Positions 9,625-19,614 are shown, counted from the first letter of the stretch. The stretch: 64,000 nt of DNA from Myxococcales bacterium (GCA_037445065.1 JBBILD010000008.1:123131-187130); one strand, 5' to 3'. The notes: a model not told the origin generated them from the letters alone. Numbers and translations: made by a program.

Positions 9625-10644
9625 ATGCAAGTGGGCATGATTGGGTTAGGAAGGATGGGGGCAAATATGGTGCGACGGCTCCTGCGCTCCGGACACGAGT
9701 GCGTGGTGTACAATCGGAGTGCGCCGCCAGTCGAGGAACTCGTCCGCGAGGGTGCCCGCGGTGCAAAATCGCTGGCTGATTTTGCCGACCAATTGCGACC
9801 ACCGCGTACCGTGTGGCTGATGTTGCCAGTCGCAGTGGTGGACGAGGTGATGGATCAACTGGTTCCTTTGCTGACCCCGGGGGACGTGATCGTGGATGGC
9901 GGGAACACGTATTTCCGCCTCGACATTGAGCGCGCCAGCCGGCTTGCTCCGTTGGGAATCCATTACGTGGATTGTGGAGTGAGCGGTGGCGTGTGGGGAC
10001 TGGAGCGGGGATACTGCCTAATGATCGGGGGAGAGCGGGAAATCGTGCAGCGTCTCGACCCCGTGTTCCGCAGCCTCGCTCCCGGATCCGCCAGCGTTCC
10101 TCCCACGCCAGGGCGCCGCGCGCCGAGTACCGCAGAGGTGGGTTACCTGCATTGTGGCCCACACGGTGCTGGGCATTTCGTGAAAATGGTTCACAACGGG
10201 ATCGAGTACGGGCTGATGGCCGCGTACGCGGAGGGTTTCAATATTCTGCGCCATGCTGCCGTGGGCGCTGAGCCGCGTGCCAAAGACGCGGAAACGGCTC
10301 CGGTCACCGATCCGCGCGCCTACCGCTACGAGTTGCCGTTGGCCGACATCGCCGAACTTTGGCGTCGCGGCAGTGTGATCAGCTCGTGGCTTTTGGACTT
10401 GAGCGCCCGCGCTCTCGCTCGCGACCCGAAGCTCGCCGCTTTTCGCGGCGCGGTGGCTGACTCTGGAGAGGGCCGCTGGACGGTGCAAACGGCGGTGGAA
10501 CAGGGTGTACCGGCACACGTCCTCAGCGCTGCGCTATTTGCTCGCTTCTCCTCACGAGGCCACGCGGATTTTGCCCAGCGACTGCTCTCCGCTCTGCGTT
10601 TCGAATTTGGCGGGCACCGCGAGGCAAGCGGAGAGGGGCAGTGA
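9625..10644 (+). CDS. gnd: 6-phosphogluconate dehydrogenase, decarboxylating (short form)
   Basis: GLGRMG, VDGGN, SGGVWG, GHFVKMVHNGIEYG, DSGEGRW, FGGH. Confidence 0.95.
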   Translation: MQVGMIGLGRMGANMVRRLLRSGHECVVYNRSAPPVEELVREGARGAKSLADFADQLRPPRTVWLMLPVAVVDEVMDQLVPLLTPGDVIVDGGNTYFRLDIERASRLAPLGIHYVDCGVSGGVWGLERGYCLMIGGEREIVQRLDPVFRSLAPGSASVPPTPGRRAPSTAEVGYLHCGPHGAGHFVKMVHNGIEYGLMAAYAEGFNILRHAAVGAEPRAKDAETAPVTDPRAYRYELPLADIAELWRRGSVISSWLLDLSARALARDPKLAAFRGAVADSGEGRWTVQTAVEQGVPAHVLSAALFARFSSRGHADFAQRLLSALRFEFGGHREASGEGQ

Positions 10645-12197
10645 GCGCCGACGTTGTCGTTCAGGCTGTTGCTAAGCCGTGTTCCGATTACCGGCTCCCT
10701 CCAGCGGAACCTTGCACGGTCGTGATCTTTGGTGCCATGGGCGACCTCAGCCGCAGAAAGCTCCTACCAGCCTTGTTTACGCTGGCCCGTGAAGGGTGCC
10801 TGAGCCAAGGCTTTGATGTTGTCGGAGTCGCGCGCCGGCCGATTTCCCAGGAGGAATTTCGGGCACAAATGCAAGCGAGTGTCGGAGCCTCGGGTGCGGA
10901 CTGGCACGGCTTTGGGCCGCGTTTGCATTACCTCGAAGGACACCTGGAAGAACCTCGCACGTTTGCCAGGCTAAGCCAACTTCTCGACCAATTGGAAACG
11001 GCAGCGCAACGCCCGCCGAACCGGCTTTTCTATTGCGCAATCCCTCCTTCGCTGGCTCTGCCTATCGTCGAGCGCTTGGGGGCAGCCGGTTTGGCTCGCT
11101 CCCGAGGCTGGGTACGGATCGTGCTCGAAAAACCGTATGGGCGCAATTTGGCTGAGGCGCAGATGCTCAACCAGCGCGTGGCGGCAGTGTTCGACGAGCA
11201 ACAGGTGTTTCGCATCGATCACTACCTGGGCAAGGACACGGTACAGAATCTCTTAGTGTTCCGCTTTGGGAACACCCTTTTCGAGCCTGTTTGGAACCGG
11301 AACTACGTGGATTACGTCGAAATCACAGCGGCGGAAACCTCGGGAGTGGGAACCCGTGCCGGATACTACGAAGAGGCCGGCGCGTTGCGCGACATGGTCG
11401 CGAATCACTTGCTGCAGCTCTTGACCTTGGCAGCGATGGAGCCGCCGGTGGCCTTCGAAGCCGATGCCGTGCGCACGCAGAAAGTGCAGGTATTGTGCGC
11501 CATTGCACCGATGACACCGGAGCAAATTCATACCCAGACGGTGCGCGCCCAATACACCACGGGACGTGTCGCTGGAAGCGACGTGCCGGCGTACCGCGCC
11601 GAACCGAACGTTGGACCGGACTCTCCAACGGAAACGTTTTGCGCCCTGCGCCTGCAAATTGACAATTGGCGCTGGGCAGGTGTGCCGTTTTACTTGCGCA
11701 CAGGAAAACGGCTGGCCAGCACTCTCACCGAGATTTGTGTCCATTTTCGCCGCCCCCCGCAGGCGCTGTTTTCTCGCGCGCAAGAGGGTTCGTTGGAACG
11801 GAACGTGATCGCTCTGCGAATCCAGCCGAATGAAGGGATCTCCCTCGCGTTCGCCGCGAAACGACCCGGGCTCGAGATGCGCACGGCGTCGGTCGAAATG
11901 GACTTTTGCTACCACGCGTCGTTCGGGGTCCGCTCGCACGACGCGTACGTTGTGCTCGTTCTGGACGCGATGCGCGGTGACGCCACTCTGTTCACGCGCA
12001 GCGATGAGGTGGAAGCGCAGTGGCAGGTCATCGATCCGATCCGCCAGGCGTGGGACCAAGATCTCCCTCCACTGACGTTTTATCCTGCTGGCAGCGAAGG
12101 CCCGCGTGATGCCGATGCACTCCTTGAGCGTTCGGGCCATTCCTGGCGTCGCCTGGTGCGCTCGCCCGGTGCGTGTGATTCGGGCGTGGCTCCATGA
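10641..12197 (+). CDS. zwf: Glucose-6-phosphate 1-dehydrogenase
   Basis: GAMGDL, EKPYG, RIDHYLGK, RDMVANH, WAGVPFYLRTGK; start overlaps gnd stop. Confidence 0.96.
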   Translation: MSADVVVQAVAKPCSDYRLPPAEPCTVVIFGAMGDLSRRKLLPALFTLAREGCLSQGFDVVGVARRPISQEEFRAQMQASVGASGADWHGFGPRLHYLEGHLEEPRTFARLSQLLDQLETAAQRPPNRLFYCAIPPSLALPIVERLGAAGLARSRGWVRIVLEKPYGRNLAEAQMLNQRVAAVFDEQQVFRIDHYLGKDTVQNLLVFRFGNTLFEPVWNRNYVDYVEITAAETSGVGTRAGYYEEAGALRDMVANHLLQLLTLAAMEPPVAFEADAVRTQKVQVLCAIAPMTPEQIHTQTVRAQYTTGRVAGSDVPAYRAEPNVGPDSPTETFCALRLQIDNWRWAGVPFYLRTGKRLASTLTEICVHFRRPPQALFSRAQEGSLERNVIALRIQPNEGISLAFAAKRPGLEMRTASVEMDFCYHASFGVRSHDAYVVLVLDAMRGDATLFTRSDEVEAQWQVIDPIRQAWDQDLPPLTFYPAGSEGPRDADALLERSGHSWRRLVRSPGACDSGVAP

Positions 12198-12964
12198 ACG
12201 CCGAGCTGTACGTGGGCTCGAACCAGGAGGAGGTAAGCCGCAAGGCGGCGGAGTGCTTCGTGGCCGCCGCTCGCCATCTGAGTTCCTCGCAACAGAAGTT
12301 CGCTGTGGTGCTTGCCGGAGGGAGTACACCTAGGCGAACGTACCAACTCCTTGCCCAAGAGCCGTTGCGCAGCGCGGTTCAATGGGAGGGAGTTCATTTT
12401 TTCTGGGGCGACGAGCGAGTGGTTCCGCCGGACCACCCGAATTCCAACTACGGCATGGCCCGCGCAACTCTTTTGCAACCCCTGGGCGTGGCTCCGGCGC
12501 AGGTGCACCGCATTTGCGGAGAACATCCGGACCCGCACGCCGCAGCTCAGGCGTACGAGCAGGAAATCGCTCGCTTTTTCTCCCAGCCGCCGTTGAACCC
12601 GCCGCCCTCCTTTGACTTCGTGTTTTTGGGTGTGGGGCCCGATGGCCATGTTGCGTCTCTCTTCCCTGGGATGGCTGCTCTGCAAGAGAGGAAGCGATGG
12701 GTAGTGGCGAATTGGGTTCCTCAACTCCGTAGTTGGCGCATCACGCTTACTCTGCCAGTGCTGAACGCAGCCTCGTGCCTTTGCGTTTTGGTTATGGGCG
12801 CGGAAAAGGCGCCTGTGGTGCGTCGCGCCCTTGTAAACAGAGGAGAGGCGCAGAGCTTGCCCGTAGCGCAACTGAGGCCGAAATACCGGGTCCTCTGGTT
12901 CCTCGACCACGCTGCCGCCAGTGAGCTTCCGAAATCGCTTTGGTACAGCGGCTCTGCCGGCTGA
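12194..12964 (+). CDS. pgl: 6-phosphogluconolactonase
   Basis: LAGGSTP, GDERVVPPDHPNSNY, LGVGPDGHVASLFP, RITLTLP. Confidence 0.95.
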   Translation: MNAELYVGSNQEEVSRKAAECFVAAARHLSSSQQKFAVVLAGGSTPRRTYQLLAQEPLRSAVQWEGVHFFWGDERVVPPDHPNSNYGMARATLLQPLGVAPAQVHRICGEHPDPHAAAQAYEQEIARFFSQPPLNPPPSFDFVFLGVGPDGHVASLFPGMAALQERKRWVVANWVPQLRSWRITLTLPVLNAASCLCVLVMGAEKAPVVRRALVNRGEAQSLPVAQLRPKYRVLWFLDHAAASELPKSLWYSGSAG

Positions 12965-13187
12965 GCGGTGATTCGCCCGCCTTGACAGAATGCTGGGACC
13001 GAACAATCGCCAGGCTGTCCTGCCTAGTTACGACTGTGGCAGGCTCGAGGCGCCGAACACTGGCGCGTCGAGTGTTCGCGATTGGGCGGCAAGCGGTCCG
13101 GCGAAGGGCAAAGAGCGAGAGTTCCGGTTGCCGCTGGGGCCGGCTTTGCGTTAGGAACTCTGTGCACGCAAAACCGAACCTAGCGCG

Positions 13188-14762
13188 ATGTACCGCTTGC
13201 CGAACCGAAACGAAGCCCTCGACCAAGTCCGCTCGCGCCGCAAGCCGTGGGACCTCGCTATCGTCGGCGGCGGTGCCACGGGTGTTGGTGTGGCTCTGGA
13301 TGCCGCTGCACGCGGATACGAGGTCGTGTTGTTCGAGCAAAGCGACTTTGGCAAGGGCACCTCGAGCCGCAGTACGAAGCTGGTGCACGGCGGGGTCCGC
13401 TACCTCGAGCGAGGAGACGTGCCCCTCGTTCTGGAGGCTTTGCGCGAGCGCGGGATCATGCGGCAAAACGCTCCGCATTTGGTCAGCGACCTAGCCTTCG
13501 TGGTGCCCACTTACGCATGGTGGGAAGGGCCGTTTTATGGCGCGGGACTGCGCGTCTACAACTTGCTCGCCGGCCGCTACGGGTTCGGCAAATCGCGCAA
13601 CCTGTCTAAGGAAGAAACTCTCGAGTACTTGCCGACGTTGCGCCGCGACGGCTTGCGCGGAGGAGTGCTGTATTACGACGGGCAGTTCGATGATGCGCGA
13701 TTTTTGATCAGCTTGGTACAGACGGCGTTCGAACAGGGGGCATTCTTGCTGAACTACTGCCCGGTGGAGAGGCTCGAGCGCAACGGGGAAGGCGTGGTGA
13801 CTGCCCTGCACGTCAGGGATGCGGAGACCGGAGAAGAGCTGCGAGTGGAGGCGCGGGTGGTGGTCAACGCGGCTGGTCCTTTCGTTGACTCCGTGCGCCG
13901 CTTGGCCGACCCCTCGGCGCCCGCCTTGGTGACCCCGAGCCAAGGGGTGCACCTGGTTTTTGACCGGTCTTTCTTGCCGGCGGATATGGCGATCATGGTC
14001 CCGCACACGAGCGACGGGCGAGTGTTGTTTGCGATCCCTTGGCAGGAGCACACGTTGATTGGCACCACCGACACGCCGGTGGCCGAAACCTCCCTGGATC
14101 CACGGCCGCTCGAGGTAGAGATTGATTTCATTTTGCGCACTGCTGGACTCTACTTACACAAAGTTCCTCGGCGGGAGGACGTGCTCAGCATGTTCGCCGG
14201 GATCCGACCCCTCGTGCGGGGTGGCAATGGGAAGAGCACTGCCGCCTTGTCGCGCGGGCACACGATTCACGTGGACCAAAACGGTTTGCTGACGATCACC
14301 GGTGGGAAGTGGACGACCTACCGGCAGATGGCGGAGGATTGTGTGGATCACGCCATGATGCTCGCGGGTTTGGAGGAACGGCCGTGCGTGACTCGGACGC
14401 TCAACTTGCACGGCTATCTGCGAAACGCAGAGCGATTCGGACCGCTCGCGGCATACGGTTCGGATGCACCGGCGCTCGATCGGATGGCCCGGGAGGAGCC
14501 TGCACTGGCGGTACAGTTACACCCCGACCTGCCATACCGCGCCGTGCAAGTTGTTTGGGCTGCACGCTACGAGTATGCGCGCACGATTGAAGATGTGCTA
14601 TCTCGCCGCTTGCGAGCCACCTTTTTGAACGCACGGGCCGCGCTCGAAATGGCGCCCCAGGTGGCTGCCTTGTTGGCCGCGGAACTCGGGCGAGACGAGC
14701 GCTGGCAGGAACAGCAGGTCAAGGAGTTTGCCTCGCTTGCAGCTTCGTATTTGCCTGGTTGA
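13188..14762 (+). CDS. glpD: FAD-dependent glycerol-3-phosphate dehydrogenase
   Basis: GGGATG, GTSSRSTKLVHGGVRYL, YYDGQFDDAR, GGKWTTYRQMAED. Confidence 0.93.
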   Translation: MYRLPNRNEALDQVRSRRKPWDLAIVGGGATGVGVALDAAARGYEVVLFEQSDFGKGTSSRSTKLVHGGVRYLERGDVPLVLEALRERGIMRQNAPHLVSDLAFVVPTYAWWEGPFYGAGLRVYNLLAGRYGFGKSRNLSKEETLEYLPTLRRDGLRGGVLYYDGQFDDARFLISLVQTAFEQGAFLLNYCPVERLERNGEGVVTALHVRDAETGEELRVEARVVVNAAGPFVDSVRRLADPSAPALVTPSQGVHLVFDRSFLPADMAIMVPHTSDGRVLFAIPWQEHTLIGTTDTPVAETSLDPRPLEVEIDFILRTAGLYLHKVPRREDVLSMFAGIRPLVRGGNGKSTAALSRGHTIHVDQNGLLTITGGKWTTYRQMAEDCVDHAMMLAGLEERPCVTRTLNLHGYLRNAERFGPLAAYGSDAPALDRMAREEPALAVQLHPDLPYRAVQVVWAARYEYARTIEDVLSRRLRATFLNARAALEMAPQVAALLAAELGRDERWQEQQVKEFASLAASYLPG

Positions 14763-14851
14763 CGCGCATGGCCGCCGCCGCACAGGCGCCCGTCATCCGG
14801 GTGGGTTGCGCCGGCCACCTCTGCGGCGAGCAACGAGAGGAGAGGGAAAGG

Positions 14852-16411
14852 ATGCGCCTGCCACGTGGAAGCGGGGTGCTGCTGCACCCGACAAGCTTGC
14901 CGGGTCCGTTTGGAATCGGTGATCTCGGGCCGGAGGCCCGCGCGTTTGTGGACGGGCTGGCGAGGGCCGGCCAGCAGTGGTGGCAAGTCCTTCCGCTCGG
15001 CCCCACTGGCTACGGCGACTCGCCCTATCAGTGCTTCTCGGCTTTTGCTGGCAATCCGCTGCTCATTGCCCCAGAAGAACTCATCGAGGAAGGCTGGCTC
15101 GAGCGTTCTGATCTGGAGCCGCTTCCTCCGTTCGTGGGGGGGCGTGTGGACTTCGAACGGTTGACGCCTTGGAAGCTTGCCTACTTACGGCGCGCCGCCC
15201 GCGGCTTCCTGCAGCGCGGTGGCGGAAACGCAGCTTCGGAGTTCGAGCGCTTTCGCCAGGAGCACGCGTTTTGGCTCGAGGACTTTGCCTTGTTCATGGC
15301 GCTGAAAGAAGCTCATGGAGGCGCAGTGTGGAGCGAATGGGAGCGGGATGTGGTGTGCCGGAAGGAACGGGCATTGGCGCGATGGCGGGGCGAGCTGGCC
15401 GCAGTGGTGGAGGAGTACAAGACCTTGCAGTTCTTCTTTTTCCGCCAGTGGCAGCGTTTGCGTGACTACGCTGCACATCGGGGTGTGCAACTGATTGGGG
15501 ATGTGCCGATTTTCGTGGCGTACGACAGCGCGGATGTGTGGTGCGCTCCCGAACTGTTCTTCCTGGATAAACAGAGGCATCCAACGGCAGTGGCTGGCGT
15601 TCCCCCGGATTATTTCAGTGCCACGGGGCAACTGTGGGGCAACCCGCTGTACCGATGGGAGCGGATGGCCGAAGATGGGTACCGGTGGTGGATCGCTCGG
15701 GTCCGCCACACCTTGGCGCTGGTTGATGTGGTGCGCATTGACCACTTTATCGGCTTTGTTCGTTACTGGGAAATCCCCGCCGGTGCTCCCACGGCTCAAA
15801 CGGGGCGTTACGTTCCGGGGCCAGGGGCGGATTTCTTACAGGCATTGCAACGGGCGTTGGGTGGTTTGCCGCTGATTGCCGAGGATCTTGGCGCGGTCAC
15901 ACCGGAGGTGGAAGCGCTGCGCGATGCGTTCGCTCTGCCGGGAATGAAGGTGCTGCAGTTCGCCTTTGCGAGCGACGCCCACGATCGTTTCCTCCCTCAT
16001 AACTTCACGCAGAATTTCGTGGTGTACACGGGCACTCACGACAACGACACCACGGTTGGCTGGTTCCAGAGCGCAAGCCCGCGAGAAAAACAGTTTGCCC
16101 TCCGATACTTGGGCCGAAGCGGCAAAGAGATCGCCTGGGAGCTGATTCGCTTGGGGATGTCATCGGTAGCGGACACCTTTGTGGTGCCAGCGCAAGACTT
16201 GCTCTCTTTGGCAAGTGAGGCGCGCATGAACTTTCCCGGTCGGCCCGAGGGCAACTGGGGGTGGCGTCTGCTCCCGGGGCAACTGGGCACGGCAGTTTGG
16301 GACCGGCTGGCCGATCTCACAGATGTGTATGGCCGAGCTCAGCCGGGCCCGAAGGCCCGGAAGGCAGGCTTGCCAGAGAACGGTTGCCCTCCTCCTGTGC
16401 TGCAAGCATAG
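14852..16411 (+). CDS. malQ: 4-alpha-glucanotransferase (GH77, amylomaltase)
   Basis: GVLLHPTSLPG, DSPYQ, GVPPDYFSATGQLWGNPLY, RIDHF, AEDLG, YTGTHDNDT; purine-rich RBS before ATG 14852. Confidence 0.96.
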   Translation: MRLPRGSGVLLHPTSLPGPFGIGDLGPEARAFVDGLARAGQQWWQVLPLGPTGYGDSPYQCFSAFAGNPLLIAPEELIEEGWLERSDLEPLPPFVGGRVDFERLTPWKLAYLRRAARGFLQRGGGNAASEFERFRQEHAFWLEDFALFMALKEAHGGAVWSEWERDVVCRKERALARWRGELAAVVEEYKTLQFFFFRQWQRLRDYAAHRGVQLIGDVPIFVAYDSADVWCAPELFFLDKQRHPTAVAGVPPDYFSATGQLWGNPLYRWERMAEDGYRWWIARVRHTLALVDVVRIDHFIGFVRYWEIPAGAPTAQTGRYVPGPGADFLQALQRALGGLPLIAEDLGAVTPEVEALRDAFALPGMKVLQFAFASDAHDRFLPHNFTQNFVVYTGTHDNDTTVGWFQSASPREKQFALRYLGRSGKEIAWELIRLGMSSVADTFVVPAQDLLSLASEARMNFPGRPEGNWGWRLLPGQLGTAVWDRLADLTDVYGRAQPGPKARKAGLPENGCPPPVLQA

Positions 16412-16418
16412 TCTGGCC

Positions 16419-17225
16419 ATGACCGAAGCTGGCGCAGCGGAAAAGGACACCGCCTCGCTTCTGGCTGCGGCGCAGGCGGGCGACCGTTCGGCCCTCGAAC
16501 GGTTGCTGGCACGCTACCAAGGACACATTTTGCGCTTCGGGCTCAAAATGTGCCGCCACCCGGAAGATGCCCGCGACGTGGTGCAAGAAACGCTGGTGGC
16601 GGCGGCCCGCTCCATTGAGCAGTTCCGCGGCGAAGCCTCGCTCTCCACGTGGCTCTATCGAATTGCGCGCAGCTTCTGTGCCAAAAAGCGTCGCCGGCGC
16701 GAGCTGGGATCGCCAACGGATCGCAGCGAAGAACTCGAGCAGGCCACCGACGCCGTGGCCGAGAGTCCTGAGGAGCAGGTCGGCACGCGCCAACTCGTGG
16801 AAGCCCTCTACGCTGCCCTCGACCAGCTCGACCCAAAATACCGAGAGGTGTTTTTGCTGCGCGATGTCGAGGGACTGAGCGCCGCCCAGACGGCGAGCGT
16901 GCTCGGCTTGCAAGTCGCGACCGTGAAAACCCGCCTGCACCGTGCGCGACTGCAAGTTCGGGCTGCCCTTGCCCCTGTGCTGGGCCGATCCGAACGCCAG
17001 CACGGCTGCCCGGAGATCGCGCGCGTGTTTTCGCGCCACCTTGAGGGTGACTTGTCTCCTCAACTGTGCGCGAAAATGGAGCGGCACCTTCGCCAGTGCA
17101 AGAGCTGCCGCAACGAATGTGAATCTCTCCGTTTCCTCCTTGCGGCTTGCCGCGAACTGCCCGGCACCGAGGTTCCAGAAGACCTGGACCGCGCGGTGCG
17201 CACCGCGATTCGAGAGGTGGCCTGA
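16419..17225 (+). CDS. ECF sigma-70 factor with fused C-terminal zinc-finger (zf-HC2/ZAS) domain
   Basis: Region 2 (DARDVVQET, FRGEASLSTWLYRIA), region 4 (TVKTRLHRAR), then C...HLRQCKSC (HxxxCxxC). Confidence 0.88.
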   Translation: MTEAGAAEKDTASLLAAAQAGDRSALERLLARYQGHILRFGLKMCRHPEDARDVVQETLVAAARSIEQFRGEASLSTWLYRIARSFCAKKRRRRELGSPTDRSEELEQATDAVAESPEEQVGTRQLVEALYAALDQLDPKYREVFLLRDVEGLSAAQTASVLGLQVATVKTRLHRARLQVRAALAPVLGRSERQHGCPEIARVFSRHLEGDLSPQLCAKMERHLRQCKSCRNECESLRFLLAACRELPGTEVPEDLDRAVRTAIREVA

Positions 17226-17340
17226 GGGGCCGGGCGGGTGGTGCGGCGCGCATCCTTGGCTGGCGCTGGGGCTTGGCGCGATAGGCGCGTGCGGGAAGCA
17301 CGCCGCGGCTCGATGGACCGAGCCGGGCAAACTCGCTAGC

Positions 17341-18090
17341 GTGGCCCCTGTGCGTTTGGGCGGTATCACCTTCGACTTTGGCGGCACGCTAGATGCCGAC
17401 GGGGAGCACTGGTGCGACCGCTTTGCTCGCCTGTACGGGGAAGTCGGCTGTAGGGTTGATCCCGCCCAGCTTCGCGCCGCGTTCGATGAAGCAACCCGCG
17501 CTGGCTACGCCGCCTCGGGGTTGCGGCATGCAAGCCTCTCCGAGCTAGTAGACTTCCACTTGCGCGCGCAGTGGAAGGCCTTGGGCTGGAAGTGGGGTGA
17601 TTCCGCCCAAGCCATTGTTGTCCTCTTCCTGCAAGAGGCCCAGGCGTATCTTCAGCGTAACCGTGCCCTGTTGGAGCGCTTGCGGGGTCGCGTGCGGCTC
17701 GGGGTGATTTCGAATTTCTATGGAAACTTGCCACGCGTGCTCGAGGAGGCAGGAATGGCGTGCCTGTTCGATAGCGTGCTCGACTCGACGATCGAGGGTT
17801 TTCGCAAGCCGGCTCCAGAAATCTTTGCTTTGGCTGCTGCTCGCTTGCAGGTAGCGCCCCGAGAACTCCTGCACATTGGCGACTCTCTCGAGCAGGATGT
17901 TTTCGCCGCCAAGCGCGCCGGGTTTCAAGCCGCCTGGCTGTGCGGCAACCAAGACAACACGGGTTGCCAGCGGCGCGAAGCAGACTGCGTGTTGCGCTCG
18001 CTCGAAGAGCTGATCCCCCTGGTGGAGCGTGCCGCCGTGCTTGACTCCCCGCACGGCAGCGCGGCCGTCCCCGTGCTTGGCCGGAGATGA
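17341..18090 (+). CDS. HAD-superfamily hydrolase (phosphatase)
   Basis: FDFGGTLD motif I, ISNFYGN motif II, KPAPEIF, HIGDSLEQDV motif IV. GTG start inferred. Confidence 0.88.
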   Translation: MAPVRLGGITFDFGGTLDADGEHWCDRFARLYGEVGCRVDPAQLRAAFDEATRAGYAASGLRHASLSELVDFHLRAQWKALGWKWGDSAQAIVVLFLQEAQAYLQRNRALLERLRGRVRLGVISNFYGNLPRVLEEAGMACLFDSVLDSTIEGFRKPAPEIFALAAARLQVAPRELLHIGDSLEQDVFAAKRAGFQAAWLCGNQDNTGCQRREADCVLRSLEELIPLVERAAVLDSPHGSAAVPVLGRR

Positions 18091-18794
18091 TTCAGCAGGC
18101 CGGGATCCTTGCTGCTGGGTTAGGAACGCGCTTGGTCCAGGACCGGGCGGCCGGGAAGCCAATGGTAGAGGTGCGGGGAAAGCCTTTGATCCATTACGTT
18201 GTTGCCGGGCTCGTCCAGGCTGGGGTGCGGCGCGTAGCCATGGTGCTCAATTCTCGCGGGCGAGCCGTCGAGGCGTACTGCCGGACAGCTTTTCCGCGTG
18301 TGGACTGGCGCATCGCCTATCATGACACTGCTCATTCCCTCGAAACGTTTCGTGCCCTACAGCCGCTCTTAGAGCGCCAGCGGTTCGTCTTGAGCATGGC
18401 GGACACTGTGCTGGCTCCGCGGGCACTGATCGCCTTCGTGAGCGAGGCGAGCGTGCGTTCTGAAACGATCACGCTGGCGGTGACGGACTGGGTTGACGAC
18501 GAAAAACCCTTGTGGGTTCGTTTCGATGCAAAAGGACGCGTAACAGCGCTTGGGCCTGAGGCGGCTGGCAGCGGTTGGGTGACGGCCGGGGTCTACGCCG
18601 TGGCCTCGGAGGTGTACTCCTGGCTCGACCGTTCTCAGGTAAGAAGCATGCATGGACTGAGTGAATTCTTTGCGTACTCGGTCAGAGTAGGGGCTGCTGT
18701 TCGCGCCATTCCGGTCGGCCAGGCGGTGGATGTGGACCGACCGGGAGACCTGGTGCAAGCAGAGCGCCTGCTTGAGCGACTGAAGCTGCCATGA
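18087..18794 (+). CDS. Sugar/cyclitol-phosphate nucleotidyltransferase (NTP_transferase)
   Basis: ILAAGLGTRL, KPMVEVRGKPLI, VDDEKPLWV, VDVDRPGDL; start overlaps HAD stop. Confidence 0.85.
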   Translation: MIQQAGILAAGLGTRLVQDRAAGKPMVEVRGKPLIHYVVAGLVQAGVRRVAMVLNSRGRAVEAYCRTAFPRVDWRIAYHDTAHSLETFRALQPLLERQRFVLSMADTVLAPRALIAFVSEASVRSETITLAVTDWVDDEKPLWVRFDAKGRVTALGPEAAGSGWVTAGVYAVASEVYSWLDRSQVRSMHGLSEFFAYSVRVGAAVRAIPVGQAVDVDRPGDLVQAERLLERLKLP

Positions 18795-19603
18795 TTCCTG
18801 ACTTTGTGTGCGTCTTGCGCGAGCCAGAGTTTTCTCCCGGACGCGTCGAAGATGATGCAGGGATCCTGCTTGCCGTTGCTAGTGTCCTGCGCAACCGGGG
18901 TTACACGGTGGAGCTCGTACAGGCACACGCACAGCGCTGGCCAAGGATCGGTACGGAAACGCTAGTGCTGTCTATGGCACAGGGCACGCCGGCTCTGGAG
19001 CGCCTCCGTGTTTGGGAAGTTGAGGGGGTACGGGTCATCAACTCGGTGAGCGCCGTGCAGAATTGCAGGCGAGCAGTTACCGACCGACTGCTGCGCCAGG
19101 GAGGCATTCCTCACCCTCCCACCCGCCTCCTTCCCTTGGACGCGCAAGTGTTGCCGACGGAGTGGTTTGCCTCGGGCGTATGGATCAAACGGGGCGACTT
19201 CCACGCCATGGCCGAGGGTGACGTGTCGTTGGTGCACTCCCCTGTGGAAGCAGACGCTGCGCTCGGGCGGCTGCGGGGGCGTGGCGTGGAGTACGCTGTG
19301 GTGCAGCAAAACGTGACCGGCCGAGTCGTGAAGTTCTATGTTGTGGCGGAGCAGTTCCTTTGCGTCACAGATGGGGGGGTGCCGGTAGCGGTACAACGCA
19401 AGATTGGAACGCTCGCGCGCCGTGCGGCAGCGTTGCTCGGGCTAGAGGTGTTCGGCGGTGACTGCGTTGTGACGCAGGCCGGCGAGTGTCTCTTGATTGA
19501 CTTGAACGACTGGCCTAGCTACGCCCGTTGCCGTCTTTCCGCAGCCGCGGCGATTGCCGCTTACGCGCAAGCAGAAAAGGGGAAGGGCTCGTCCCAAGAA
19601 TAG
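18791..19603 (+). CDS. ATP-grasp-fold protein (ITPK1-like motifs)
   Basis: RVINS...NC, WIKRGDFHA, VVQQNVTGRVVKFYVV, GLEVFGGD, LIDLNDWPSY; start overlaps upstream stop. Confidence 0.7.
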   Translation: MIPDFVCVLREPEFSPGRVEDDAGILLAVASVLRNRGYTVELVQAHAQRWPRIGTETLVLSMAQGTPALERLRVWEVEGVRVINSVSAVQNCRRAVTDRLLRQGGIPHPPTRLLPLDAQVLPTEWFASGVWIKRGDFHAMAEGDVSLVHSPVEADAALGRLRGRGVEYAVVQQNVTGRVVKFYVVAEQFLCVTDGGVPVAVQRKIGTLARRAAALLGLEVFGGDCVVTQAGECLLIDLNDWPSYARCRLSAAAAIAAYAQAEKGKGSSQE

Positions 19604-19614
19604 AGCCGAAGATC

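Noticed and set aside
12981..12993. 13-mer CTTGACAGAATGC also present on the minus strand near 58698-58710
   Set aside because: Many 13-bp matches are expected by chance in 64 kb, and the shared TTGACA -35 box explains part of it.
16942..17340. Extension of the HAD ORF overlapping the ECF sigma gene
   Set aside because: Alternative-frame open stretch in GC-rich DNA; the HAD motif begins only near 17370.
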